A DNA stretch of 58,173 bases from a virus. Lineage: Duplodnaviria > Caudoviricetes. How positions within the stretch are numbered: the stretch's first letter is position 1; every line of letters starts with the position of its first letter. Below are positions 11,210 through 20,659 of the stretch, in pieces. The translations under genes and the position numbers were made by a program. The stretch covers positions 1-58,173 of the IMG/VR virus record IMGVR_UViG_3300044723_007112. One strand, written 5' to 3'. A model generated the notes under the pieces. The model was not told the DNA's origin. It saw only the letters and a program-made list of their open reading frames with translations, and did no database searches.

Positions 11210-13135
11210 ATGGCACTTAACTTAGCAAATGTAATAAGTACAGACACGTTCGCGACGTGGTTAACCCGTACCAATCAAATTATTGAAAGGTCGTCTAATA
11301 GTACGCCTAAGTTTTTAGACTTTGAGGGGTCGACGCATGATAGTCTTACTGCGCAAGAAGGACGTACTTACTACGACTCTACTCATAAATCTCTAACAGT
11401 CTTCTCTGAAGGCGGCCTAGAGATGGAGCTTGGGCAGAACGAATACATCCGAGTATACAATAACAGTGGCGTTCCAATTAATCTTGGTCAACCATTGTTC
11501 CTAAGTGGGTCTACGGGTGGTGTACCAAATGCAGAGCTGGCTAACGCATCCGATGCTGCAAAATATAACATTTCCGGACTAGCTGCCAACTCGATTGCAA
11601 CCGGCTCTTATGGTTGGGCTGCAGTATCTGGTACACTGAGAGGTTTCGATACTTCTAGTCTAACTCAAGGTGAAAGATTTTTTGTAAGTCCGTTTGCAAA
11701 CGGACAGCTTGTTACTACAGCACCTAGCTATCCCAATTTTCCCATGTGTGTTGGTCTTTGTGTTGTATCAGATTCTGCCAACGGCATCGTTGTAATTGAA
11801 CAACAAAACCATTCAGTACCTTCTTTCCGCGTAATTAATGACGCTCGTATAGGAGGAGATTTGGTTGTTGATGGTAACTTTGAAGTGTTGGGTGAAGAAA
11901 CAATTACCACACTGACAAACCTATCAATTGACGACACCTTCATTTATTTAAATGCAGGGGATACGATCACAGCTAACTCTACTGCTGTAACTGGTCTAAA
12001 TGACTTTTCATTTAAAGGTCATTACAACGGTGGTAACACTGTAACCTATTATGTTAAGATTGACAATACCAGTCCAGGTAATCCAGATACATTCTCTTGG
12101 TCCTTAGACAATTTCTCAACTACAGAAGCTGCCAACGTGGCCATTACAGCATCTCAGCAATCATTGAGGTGGGGTATCAGTGCTCTGTTTGTAGCCAACA
12201 CTGGTCATACGGCTGGCGATGTGTGGACTGGCGGAGCTGCTCCTCTTAACGTTGATACTGGCTGGGCATCAAATAGAAACACCGGTCAGGCGGCTGGTGG
12301 ATACACTCACATGGGTGTATTCTTTGACGTTACTGATGAGCGGTTTAAATTCTTCCAATCCTACGCGCCTGAAATTGAAGGTAACATAAACACTGCTGAC
12401 GCTTCATTTGAACTCGGTACTGTACAAGCTAATACCTTTATTGGTGATGGTAGCCAATTAACTAACGCTGGTTCAACAGTAGCAACCGACTCAGCAAACC
12501 ACACCTTGTTTGTACCGTTTACCGGTGTATCATCTGGCACAATGACAAGTGCTAACGTAAACTCAAACTTTACGTTTAACCCATCAACTGGTACTCTTTC
12601 AGCAACAGCTTTCTCTGGCGATGGTAGTAACCTTACTAACGCTGGATCTACAGTTGCTAGTGATACCGAAGCTGATCGAGATTTATTGGTTGCATTCACT
12701 GGCGTTACTTCAGGTACAATGACGTCAGCAAATGTCAATTCAACGTTTACGTTTAATCCTGCATCGGGTAAGTTGGCAGCAAATACAATGCAGTTCAACA
12801 ATGCCGTACAGAAAGTTCAAACTGTTGGAACTATTACTTCAGATACAAACTTAGACCTTAGCAATGCAAGTATTTTTGACGTTACACTTGGCGCTGATAA
12901 TTTAGTGTTAACCTTTACTAATCCACCTTCATCTGGCTATGCTGGTAGTGCTACTGTCATACTAAGACAAGATAGCACCGGTAGTAGGTATGCCACTTTT
13001 ACTAATGCAATATACACCGATGGAGCTCCTCCTATTCTCACTACCAATGCAAATGCCATAGACATGTTATCATTTTTTACAACAGACAATGGAACCTCCT
13101 ACTTTGGTGCGTTGACCATGGCTGCAGTAAGTTAA
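11210..13135 (+). CDS. Tail-fibre/anchor protein (641 aa)
   Basis: N-terminal TDTFATWLTRTN motif. Two ~58-aa repeats (F.GDGS.LTNAGSTVA...TMTSANVNS.FTFNP). C-terminal LRQDSTGSR...AIDMLSFFTTDNGTSYFG beta domain of the kind seen in phage fibres. GAGG RBS upstream. Confidence 0.65.
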   Translation: MALNLANVISTDTFATWLTRTNQIIERSSNSTPKFLDFEGSTHDSLTAQEGRTYYDSTHKSLTVFSEGGLEMELGQNEYIRVYNNSGVPINLGQPLFLSGSTGGVPNAELANASDAAKYNISGLAANSIATGSYGWAAVSGTLRGFDTSSLTQGERFFVSPFANGQLVTTAPSYPNFPMCVGLCVVSDSANGIVVIEQQNHSVPSFRVINDARIGGDLVVDGNFEVLGEETITTLTNLSIDDTFIYLNAGDTITANSTAVTGLNDFSFKGHYNGGNTVTYYVKIDNTSPGNPDTFSWSLDNFSTTEAANVAITASQQSLRWGISALFVANTGHTAGDVWTGGAAPLNVDTGWASNRNTGQAAGGYTHMGVFFDVTDERFKFFQSYAPEIEGNINTADASFELGTVQANTFIGDGSQLTNAGSTVATDSANHTLFVPFTGVSSGTMTSANVNSNFTFNPSTGTLSATAFSGDGSNLTNAGSTVASDTEADRDLLVAFTGVTSGTMTSANVNSTFTFNPASGKLAANTMQFNNAVQKVQTVGTITSDTNLDLSNASIFDVTLGADNLVLTFTNPPSSGYAGSATVILRQDSTGSRYATFTNAIYTDGAPPILTTNANAIDMLSFFTTDNGTSYFGALTMAAVS

Positions 13136-13148
13136 GGAGCTATAACAA

Positions 13149-13463
13149 ATGAAAATTTATAAACTTTATTATTCTAGCGAATGTAATCCAGTTGAAACCT
13201 ATCAACTCAGAAAATTCATGAGAGAAAATGAATTGTGGAATAGAGTTTCTGATTATTATTATATAAAAGGAAGTGATGCTACACAGCAGCTTTCTTACTT
13301 AAATAGCTGTTATGATAGGCAGTTAGCGGAGCAGTCTGTAACGCTGCCCGTAAAGCTACGTTATTTTCTCTTGACAGAAGAGGATAGTAATGATGCAAGA
13401 CTTATAAAATTTATTAAAGGCAAGGACGAAATATTATCATATTTTCAAACCAATCTTTTATAA
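13149..13463 (+). CDS. Hypothetical protein (104 aa)
   Basis: AAGGAG RBS upstream and tight packing in the operon. No recognised motif. Confidence 0.65.
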   Translation: MKIYKLYYSSECNPVETYQLRKFMRENELWNRVSDYYYIKGSDATQQLSYLNSCYDRQLAEQSVTLPVKLRYFLLTEEDSNDARLIKFIKGKDEILSYFQTNLL

Positions 13464-13466
13464 GCC

Positions 13467-15332
13467 ATGTTAGGAATTTTAAGAAATAAAAAAGCCTTAT
13501 CTCCAGCTGGATCAATCTCTGTTAGCGGAGGATCTACTACTAATGTATCCGTACCTTTTGGTGTACGATACGTAAATGTAACTATACAAGGTGGTCCCGG
13601 TAATCCAGGTAACAACGGTAACAACGGTGTTGCCGGTACCGCTGGTACCGCTGGCAATGCCGGCAATACAGGTAATCCAGGTACTGCTGGCACTGGTGGC
13701 TCTGGTGGAGAGGGCAACCCAGGCAACGCAGGTAACAGCGGTTCCAACGGTTCTAGAGGTTTTGGAGGTACCGCTGGTAACGCAGGTAACCCAGGAAATC
13801 CTGGGAACAATGGTGGCCGAGGTAACCGAGGCTTTGCTGGTAACTCAGGCAATCCGGGTAACCCCAGTGGGGGATCTGGGGGCGGTGGCGGAGGCGGTGG
13901 TGGCGCCGGCTTAGTCGAAGCAACAGCTGGTACGCGTACGCCAACAGGACGGGGCGGCAACGGTGGTAATGGTGGCAATGGTTCCGGGCCCGGATCCGGC
14001 CCCGGTGGTGCCGCCGGTGTTGGTGGTTTTTCCAGTGGAAGTCCAGGTTCCTCATCAAGTGCTGGTAGTAGTGGCAATAATGGGTTTGGAGCTAACTCTG
14101 GCAATTCTGGTACTGCTGGATCAAATGGTAGCAACGGTAATCCCGGTACCGGAGCGACTAGTGGTAACCCCGGTAATGTTGGCACTGATGGAAATCCTGG
14201 GACTGCAGGCAGTGGCGGATCCGGCGCCAATGGTAATCCCGGTACTGCCGGTAATCCTGGTAACAGCGGTACAGGTGGTAATCCAGGCAATCCAGGCAAT
14301 CCAGGTAACAACGGATCTGGTGGTAATCCCGGAGGTACTTCAACGATTACCGCTTTAGGAATTACAGGACCAGGTGGAGCTGGCGGGAATGCTGGTAGTG
14401 CTGGCAATCCAGGTAATCCAGGTAATCCAGGTGTCGCTGGCAACGGTGGTGCAGGTGGAAATGCCAATGCCGGCAGTGCCGGTAATCCTGGTACCGCTGG
14501 CAATGGTGGTACAGGTGGTATCGCAGGAAACCCTGGAAACGCTGGAAACCCTGGAAATAATGGTGCCCGAGGTAACCGAGGCTTTGCTGGTAATTCAGGC
14601 AACCCAGGCAATCCAGGTAACAACGGATCTGGTGGAGCAGGAGGTGTCGCCAGAGGTGGTGGCGGTGGTGGTATAGTAGGTCAAGGTGCCTTTGTACACA
14701 TACCTACATCACAGGGTGGTTTAGGTCCATTATATCCAGGATATGGGAACTCATATCCTACTCCATTTGCTGGACCTACTGGTGCTGCTGGTGCAGGTGG
14801 TGGTGGGGGATCTCCAGGTAGCGGTTCTAGTGGAGGTGCTGGGTGGCCACCGTACGGAGGTCCTGGCGGCAATGGTGGACCAGGTAATAGCGCCACAGTC
14901 GGCCTCTGCAACGCTTTTAATGGTGCCGGCGGTGGAGGCGGTGGCGGCAGCTTTGCATATGGTAGCAGTGGAACTGGTGGTGCCAACGGTAACAATGGTA
15001 GCAGCGGTTTCGGCGCAAACGCTGGCAACCCTGGAACCTTAGGGTCAAGCGGTAACAATGGTTCCAATGGTACCGGAGCAACAGGTGGCAACCCAGGAAA
15101 CCCAGGCAGTGCCGGAAATCCTGGAGCTGATGGAAATGCTAATGCTGGAGCTAGTGGCAATCCTGGATCAAATGGTAACAACGGTACCAACGGTAGCGGC
15201 TACACTAACGGCAACCCGGGTTCAGCGGCCAGTGCTGTAAACATAAATAGAAAGAATATTCGTCCACGGCAAAGCTATTCAGCCACAGCGGCTAGTGGTG
15301 GTAGTATAACAATTTCTTGGAGTAGACAATAA
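13467..15332 (+). CDS. Gly-Asn-Pro-rich collagen-like/polyglycine fibre protein (621 aa)
   Basis: Long Gly-X-Y runs (GNP, GNA, GTA, GSN) between short beta-like N- and C-terminal segments. Internal duplication of RGNRGFAGNSGNPGNP. TAATG coupling to the next gene. Confidence 0.8.
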   Translation: MLGILRNKKALSPAGSISVSGGSTTNVSVPFGVRYVNVTIQGGPGNPGNNGNNGVAGTAGTAGNAGNTGNPGTAGTGGSGGEGNPGNAGNSGSNGSRGFGGTAGNAGNPGNPGNNGGRGNRGFAGNSGNPGNPSGGSGGGGGGGGGAGLVEATAGTRTPTGRGGNGGNGGNGSGPGSGPGGAAGVGGFSSGSPGSSSSAGSSGNNGFGANSGNSGTAGSNGSNGNPGTGATSGNPGNVGTDGNPGTAGSGGSGANGNPGTAGNPGNSGTGGNPGNPGNPGNNGSGGNPGGTSTITALGITGPGGAGGNAGSAGNPGNPGNPGVAGNGGAGGNANAGSAGNPGTAGNGGTGGIAGNPGNAGNPGNNGARGNRGFAGNSGNPGNPGNNGSGGAGGVARGGGGGGIVGQGAFVHIPTSQGGLGPLYPGYGNSYPTPFAGPTGAAGAGGGGGSPGSGSSGGAGWPPYGGPGGNGGPGNSATVGLCNAFNGAGGGGGGGSFAYGSSGTGGANGNNGSSGFGANAGNPGTLGSSGNNGSNGTGATGGNPGNPGSAGNPGADGNANAGASGNPGSNGNNGTNGSGYTNGNPGSAASAVNINRKNIRPRQSYSATAASGGSITISWSRQ

Positions 15333-15649
15333 TGAGCGTCTTAGACATCACTGATTATTCATACAAAATATTATCTGTTGACATAGAAAATTCAACAGCA
15401 CTTATTGAATTTAAAGCTGCAGATTCCGACCTATCAAGGATTACTTACAACTGTAATCTAGAAGTTGCAAATGTTTCTGGTTTTCCAGATTACGAAAACG
15501 ACGAAGATATTCCTTTTGCAGAGCACTTAAAACTTACCGCTACACTTCATGCTCCCCTGGCTGTATGGAGAAGGCAAAAATGGGCAGTCCTTAATGGTAC
15601 TGCATTAACTAATCAAATAGCAAGTAACACTTTCATTTCCGTTTCCTAA
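15332..15649 (+). CDS. Hypothetical protein (105 aa), possible fibre chaperone/adaptor
   Basis: Translationally coupled (TAATG) to the Gly-rich gene. Function is inferred from position only. Confidence 0.6.
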   Translation: MSVLDITDYSYKILSVDIENSTALIEFKAADSDLSRITYNCNLEVANVSGFPDYENDEDIPFAEHLKLTATLHAPLAVWRRQKWAVLNGTALTNQIASNTFISVS

Positions 15650-15678
15650 AGTGGTTTGTTATATTATGGACTATAAGA

Positions 15679-16266
15679 ATGTTACATCCTATAACCACGA
15701 GAGACACATCTGCATACTGGAGTGATCTCTTTAATAATGAAGAACTCGATCAAATTCTTAATTTATGTAAAACCCTACCTCTAGAGACCGGTACCATAGG
15801 TAATTATGAAACAACGGTAGATGATATAAGAAAAAGCAGTGTTGGTTGGTTAACAAGAAACGAAGACACAGAATGGATTTTTAGCCGATATGATGGAGCT
15901 GTACAGCGATCGAATTCGTGTTGGTTTGGTCTTGATCTTGACCCTCTCCGAATGATTCAATTTACAGTGTACGATGATGCAGGTGGTCACTATGAGTGGC
16001 ACTGGGACATGCATACTACTCCCGAAGCTGATAACACTGACGTAATTAAACAACGAAAATTATCTGTAGTCACGCAGCTTAATGCCCCTGATGAATATGA
16101 CGGAGGTGTTTTTCAAGTTGCTCCATGTGGTCAGCTTTATGATATTGAGCGAAAAAAGGGATTAACTTATATGTTCTTGTCTTTTGTAAATCATAGAGTT
16201 TCTCCAGTGACAAAAGGTACAAGATATAGTTTAGTTGGGTGGTATGAAGGCCCAGATTGGAGATAG
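15679..16266 (+). CDS. 2OG-Fe(II) oxygenase, PKHD/prolyl-4-hydroxylase-like
   Basis: HxD (WHWD), RKLS, YDGG, distal His (NHRVSPV) and 2OG-binding Arg (GTRYSLVGW). Confidence 0.88.
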   Translation: MLHPITTRDTSAYWSDLFNNEELDQILNLCKTLPLETGTIGNYETTVDDIRKSSVGWLTRNEDTEWIFSRYDGAVQRSNSCWFGLDLDPLRMIQFTVYDDAGGHYEWHWDMHTTPEADNTDVIKQRKLSVVTQLNAPDEYDGGVFQVAPCGQLYDIERKKGLTYMFLSFVNHRVSPVTKGTRYSLVGWYEGPDWR

Positions 16267-16272
16267 TATATC

Positions 16273-16878
16273 ATGGAAATGCCGTGTGAACGTAACGAAA
16301 CATTTATTCGTTATTATGACAATGCCTTATCTACGGAATTCTGTCAAGGTCTAATAAAGTATTTTGAGTGGTGTCTTAAAAACAATCGTGTTTGGGATCG
16401 CTCTCATGAAACTACTAAAAATTGGAAAGAAGATGAATCAACTGTATTGAATCCTGTTAATTATTGGGACATTGATTTTAACTGGACGCACATTGCTCCA
16501 TACATTCAAGAGTTTAATGATTCCTTCTGGGAAGTGTATTATCCAAGTTATTGTGAAGAATTTGATACACTAAACCAATTACAGGAACATACCATATTCT
16601 CCTATAAGGTACAGAAAACCATGCCAGGTGGTGGATACCACGTTTGGCATTGTGAGCATGACCAAATACAACACGCAAGAAGAATAGCAACATATACTGT
16701 ATTTTTAAATGATGTAGCTGAAGGTGGTGAAACAGAGTTCTTATATCAGAACGAACGTGTAGCTCCTAAGGAAGGACGGCTAGTAATCTTTCCTTCTGGT
16801 TTTACTCACACTCACAGAGGTAATCCTCCATTAAGAGGTATCAAATACATACTGACCGGTTGGATAGAGTATGTATAA
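16273..16878 (+). CDS. 2OG-Fe(II) oxygenase, prolyl-4-hydroxylase-like
   Basis: YHVWHCE (HxE), FLNDVAEGGETEF, FTHTHRGNPP and KYILTGW. Confidence 0.88.
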   Translation: MEMPCERNETFIRYYDNALSTEFCQGLIKYFEWCLKNNRVWDRSHETTKNWKEDESTVLNPVNYWDIDFNWTHIAPYIQEFNDSFWEVYYPSYCEEFDTLNQLQEHTIFSYKVQKTMPGGGYHVWHCEHDQIQHARRIATYTVFLNDVAEGGETEFLYQNERVAPKEGRLVIFPSGFTHTHRGNPPLRGIKYILTGWIEYV

Positions 16879-16881
16879 ATA
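16874..16881 (+). promoter_or_regulatory. T4-type late promoter TATAAATA
   Basis: Exact gp55 consensus about 30 nt upstream of the ATG at 16910, followed by an AAGGAG RBS. Confidence 0.8.
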
Positions 16882-16909
16882 GTACATCTGATAAAGGAGA
16901 CTAAGTTAA

Positions 16910-17341
16910 ATGACCATTGTATTCTCAGGATCACCAGTAGCAAACGTACAGTTATCTGATTCGTTTAATACGTGGCGTTTAACTACCAATAAAATTTTAG
17001 CGGATGCTGCGTCACTAACATCTAACAATACCTTCGCTGCAGCAAACACTAATTTTGCCGGTGAAGTAAGAGCTACTGCATTTATTGGAGATGGCAGTAA
17101 TTTAACTAATGCTGGCTCTACTGTTGCAAGTGATATGTCAGTAGACCGTGACTTGTTTGTACCTTTTACTGGTATAGCAAACAATACGATGACGTCAGCT
17201 AATGTTAATTCTACGTTTACTTTTAATCCTGGTGCTGGAAGACTATCGGCCAACGTAATTAAAACTAGTACGTTGCTCGATAGTTCTAACCGAAGACTTA
17301 CAATTAGGGATGAGGCTAACACTGTAGTCTGGGGTGGTTGA
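16910..17341 (+). CDS. Short fibre-anchor protein (143 aa), paralogous in parts to 11210..13135
   Basis: SDSFNTWRLTTN N-terminal motif plus one copy of the ~58-aa FIGDGSNLTNAGSTVA repeat. Confidence 0.75.
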   Translation: MTIVFSGSPVANVQLSDSFNTWRLTTNKILADAASLTSNNTFAAANTNFAGEVRATAFIGDGSNLTNAGSTVASDMSVDRDLFVPFTGIANNTMTSANVNSTFTFNPGAGRLSANVIKTSTLLDSSNRRLTIRDEANTVVWGG

Positions 17342-17343
17342 TT

Positions 17344-19380
17344 GTGGCCAGGCCTAATACACTCACCTTAAAAATTGAACCAGGAGAAGCCATTGTCCAA
17401 ATGGTTTCAAACGTCGAGTTTATTTCTATAGCGGACAAGGTACTGGAGGAGCTTGCCTCATCTGATGGGGCAGGTGATCTATTTCTTACAGCCGGAGCAA
17501 ACGGCAACTATACTTCTATTGGTGGACATACTAACACTAGGACCGAAGCAGTTGGTTCTAGCGACCTCACTATAACATCTAGTACCACAACTCTGTACCA
17601 AGATTTGGTTTCTGGTAATATAGATGCTGTTGTAGACAAGCCCGTTACTTTTGATTATACAACCAGCTCTTTTCGGTCAGTTACAAATGCGGAACTTGAT
17701 AGCTTTGCAGATGATATAATAGACTACATGGTTAATAATGAGGCAGCAGGATCCTACAGAATTGCAAATACCTCGCCAGCTGGTACTTACGGGGGTACAT
17801 GGACCACAGTAGCTACTATACTTAATGAAATTGACAATTCCACTAGTACTTCATCCTTCTTATATAAAAAGATTACAGACTCTTCGACCTTGTTATGTCG
17901 TCCTCTTAGGTACGTTGGATACCAAGGTGAATCTAGTCTGCAGTTAATGACAGATGATCAAATAAAACAATTAGCCCGGGCTGTGAGATCAAGGATTGTA
18001 AGCAATAACATAGGCAAGTATCTTTTTCAAAATTCAACTCCTGTTTCGGGCACTTGGGTTAACGTAGGTACTATAACCGATACCAGACGTGATATACAAA
18101 CCGTTACAAATTATATTGGACCAGCACAGTATACTGGAGGATCATCATATACCGGACCTGCGCAATATACCGGTCCACAGACGTTTGCAGGGACCGACTC
18201 ATTTAGTATAGCGCAAGATTTTTCAGGAACAGCTCAGTATGCTAGTGGTGGTTCTTTCTTTGGTCCTGTTCAGTATACTGGTACAACAGGGTATGGTGGT
18301 ACATCTGAATTTGCTGGGACAGCTGATTTTGGAGGTACATCTCAGTTTGCTGGTGAAACCGACTTCGTTGGGCCAGTACAATATTTTGGCACAGCTCAGT
18401 ATACGGGAACTCCAATCTATGTGGGGCCAAGCGCGAATTATAGTGGAGCTCCAGCACAATTTCTGGGAGTATACCCATGGGCCGGACCGGATGTGAGCTT
18501 TACCGGAGGGGCCTACTATGTGGGCCCACCTGCCCAGTACACCGGTGAGGATGCATTTTTCCAACCTGGCCAAGAATTCTCTGGGGGACCATATTATTAT
18601 GGGCCGGGTCCATCTTTTACTGGCACCGGTCAGTATACTGGATGGATAGGATTTACTGGCCAGTACGTAGGTATTCAATTTCCGTTTTTTCCGTACGTCT
18701 GGCCCGGTTTTGGCCCTCAAGGAGAGCCTATCGAGTTCTATGGCCCTGGTCCGGAAGCCACATACGTTGGTCCTGAATATACTAGACTGTGGCAATACAC
18801 GGGGCCCAGGGATTATATTGGCGATGCAGGTTATATTGGTCCCACTATTATATACTATGGACCTGGTCAACAATTTGCCGGTACCAGCGAGCAACAATTT
18901 TTTGGTATTGCTGGATATATTGGACCTGGTCAACAGTTTGTAGGACCCGCGTTATTTGCCGGCGTTGCACAATACGAGGGTCCATATCCGTGGGCAGGAC
19001 CACCGACACAGTTTGCAGGGGAAATAGGTTTTGGAAGCGCAACTTTGTATTATGGTCCCTTTCAGTTTACTGGTCCTGCTCAGTATACTGGTCCTGCTCA
19101 GTATACTGGTCCTGCTACTTTTTTCGGGCCCGCACAATTTGCTGGTACTGCAGAATATAGTTCTGGCGGTGATTTCACTGGGCCGGCGTTGTACTCTGGT
19201 GTAAGAACATATGTGGGCCCGGTAAATTACCTTGGAGTTAGTAACTTTGTTGGGACAGCTGATTTTGGAGGTACATCTCAGTTTACTGGTACTGCTACAT
19301 ATACAGCAGGTACTTTTAGCCAGGTTGTCTCGTCAATATCAACCATTTCACAAACTACACTATGGCGCAGGGTGGCATAA
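17344..19380 (+). CDS. Fibre/needle-like protein with a long [YF]-x-G-x-x-[QE] hexapeptide repeat region
   Basis: The ORF track starts at TTG 17338; GTG 17344 is the more likely start. Two P....GTW motifs, about 400 aa of YTGPAQ-type repeats, and C-terminal LWRRVA like fibre/gp10-type C-termini. Confidence 0.75.
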   Translation: MARPNTLTLKIEPGEAIVQMVSNVEFISIADKVLEELASSDGAGDLFLTAGANGNYTSIGGHTNTRTEAVGSSDLTITSSTTTLYQDLVSGNIDAVVDKPVTFDYTTSSFRSVTNAELDSFADDIIDYMVNNEAAGSYRIANTSPAGTYGGTWTTVATILNEIDNSTSTSSFLYKKITDSSTLLCRPLRYVGYQGESSLQLMTDDQIKQLARAVRSRIVSNNIGKYLFQNSTPVSGTWVNVGTITDTRRDIQTVTNYIGPAQYTGGSSYTGPAQYTGPQTFAGTDSFSIAQDFSGTAQYASGGSFFGPVQYTGTTGYGGTSEFAGTADFGGTSQFAGETDFVGPVQYFGTAQYTGTPIYVGPSANYSGAPAQFLGVYPWAGPDVSFTGGAYYVGPPAQYTGEDAFFQPGQEFSGGPYYYGPGPSFTGTGQYTGWIGFTGQYVGIQFPFFPYVWPGFGPQGEPIEFYGPGPEATYVGPEYTRLWQYTGPRDYIGDAGYIGPTIIYYGPGQQFAGTSEQQFFGIAGYIGPGQQFVGPALFAGVAQYEGPYPWAGPPTQFAGEIGFGSATLYYGPFQFTGPAQYTGPAQYTGPATFFGPAQFAGTAEYSSGGDFTGPALYSGVRTYVGPVNYLGVSNFVGTADFGGTSQFTGTATYTAGTFSQVVSSISTISQTTLWRRVA

Positions 19381-19869
19381 ATGACATTTAGTAAGTTATT
19401 AAAACCGCGGTTCTTAAATCCTCAAACTATGGAGTGTGATCTTGTAGATGAAAAAGGATCAGTTCAAAAGATTTCATTTGCATTGCCTGAAAATGAACAA
19501 AAGGGTGTGAACCAATATTTTGACTATATTGTCGAAAATTATCATTTAGAGGAAATAAAGGCTCAATATGAATCTGAGCTTAAGGTTCACCGTGACAAAC
19601 AACGTCAACAACAATTAGCAAATCAAAGAAGAAAAGAAAGTGAAGAGCTTAAAAAACTTTTTGATCTCAAGGCTCAGTTGTTTGATATGCCTTTTATAAA
19701 AAATTGTAATCAAGAGATGAGATCTGCTATAAGAAGAGCGCCAAATACAATTGTTTTAAATCTGATAGTTTCTATTGCATTTGAAACTTACATTAAAGAA
19801 AATAATATGAGTTGTAATGATTATCTAGATTATCTTGATGATTTACAATATAAGGAAGAAAATGAATAG
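19381..19869 (+). CDS. Hypothetical protein (162 aa, helical/coiled-coil)
   Basis: Abuts the upstream stop. No recognised motif. Confidence 0.65.
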   Translation: MTFSKLLKPRFLNPQTMECDLVDEKGSVQKISFALPENEQKGVNQYFDYIVENYHLEEIKAQYESELKVHRDKQRQQQLANQRRKESEELKKLFDLKAQLFDMPFIKNCNQEMRSAIRRAPNTIVLNLIVSIAFETYIKENNMSCNDYLDYLDDLQYKEENE

Positions 19870-20659
19870 TGGTTATATTTACGTCGCGTCATTAAATGCA
19901 CTTTATTATGAGCTCGCAATTTTATCAGCACAATCCCTTAAAGACCTCCATCCCCAAGCTCATGTTACCTTATTTACTCACGATGGTTTTGTAGATGACA
20001 GGGCCGTAGAGCTTTTTGACAACATTGTAACAAATATCCCTGTACACAGACGTGCTAAAATGTGGTGTATGGCTCGTACTCCATATGACATGACGTTCTA
20101 CAACGACTGTGATTCAATGATAGTGCATCCGGATATATCTAAGGTTTTTAATGACATTACCGATAAAATACATATGACAAAAAACTTAATCTATACTGTC
20201 TCAAGGGAGTCGCTTGCATATATTGATAAACAAAAAACCAAAACTCCTTATTTTCATGGTGCGGTAGCTTGGTACAAAAAAACAGATGCTAATGTGGAGT
20301 TTATTAATGAGTGGTGGCAAGCATATGTCAAGCAGCTCGTTAATCCGTGGCCACACGGTGATTGGGCTGATGAAATCTGGAAAGGGTTTGATATGTTTAC
20401 GTTGTGGTCTATGCTTAGCGGCTTGGATCCAAAGTATAGTAAATTTAAAGATAGAGTTATAGAAGGTGATAGAAGATTTAATTGTGTAACTCCTGAAGGC
20501 AAAACTTACGAGAATGTCAAGTTACCCGTTGTGTTTCAAATACCTAGAACAGAGTATACTAGTTTTAAAAAGTGGCCTGAGATTTATAGGAACATACAAA
20601 ATGCACCAACTTACAATGAACAATACCACGATCCTGAAAATCCTAGCAAACTTATCTGA
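19862..20659 (+). CDS. Putative GT-A fold glycosyltransferase (nucleotide-diphospho-sugar transferase)
   Basis: GYIYVA...LAILSAQSLK...VTLFT, KMWCMARTPYDMTFYNDCDS (DxD) and FDMFTLW. Start at ATG 19862 is preferred. Confidence 0.65.
   Translation: MNSGYIYVASLNALYYELAILSAQSLKDLHPQAHVTLFTHDGFVDDRAVELFDNIVTNIPVHRRAKMWCMARTPYDMTFYNDCDSMIVHPDISKVFNDITDKIHMTKNLIYTVSRESLAYIDKQKTKTPYFHGAVAWYKKTDANVEFINEWWQAYVKQLVNPWPHGDWADEIWKGFDMFTLWSMLSGLDPKYSKFKDRVIEGDRRFNCVTPEGKTYENVKLPVVFQIPRTEYTSFKKWPEIYRNIQNAPTYNEQYHDPENPSKLI

Noticed and set aside
13445-15240. Long Pro-rich minus-strand ORFs (392 aa, 169 aa) and alternative-frame ORFs over the GNP gene
   Set aside because: They are shadows of repetitive GGN/AAY/CCN codons, with no RBS or independent coding signal.
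15242-15249. CATAAATA as an internal late promoter (also at 23412-23419)
   Set aside because: It is an imperfect match inside coding sequence in an AT-rich genome and cannot be distinguished from chance.
17331-17346. Programmed frameshift fusing the 143-aa anchor to the repeat protein
   Set aside because: There is no slippery heptamer. A GTG start with an upstream G-rich SD-like sequence explains the junction.
18223-19160. Multiple overlapping ORFs across the YTGPAQ repeat
   Set aside because: They are by-products of the low-complexity repeat in the main frame.
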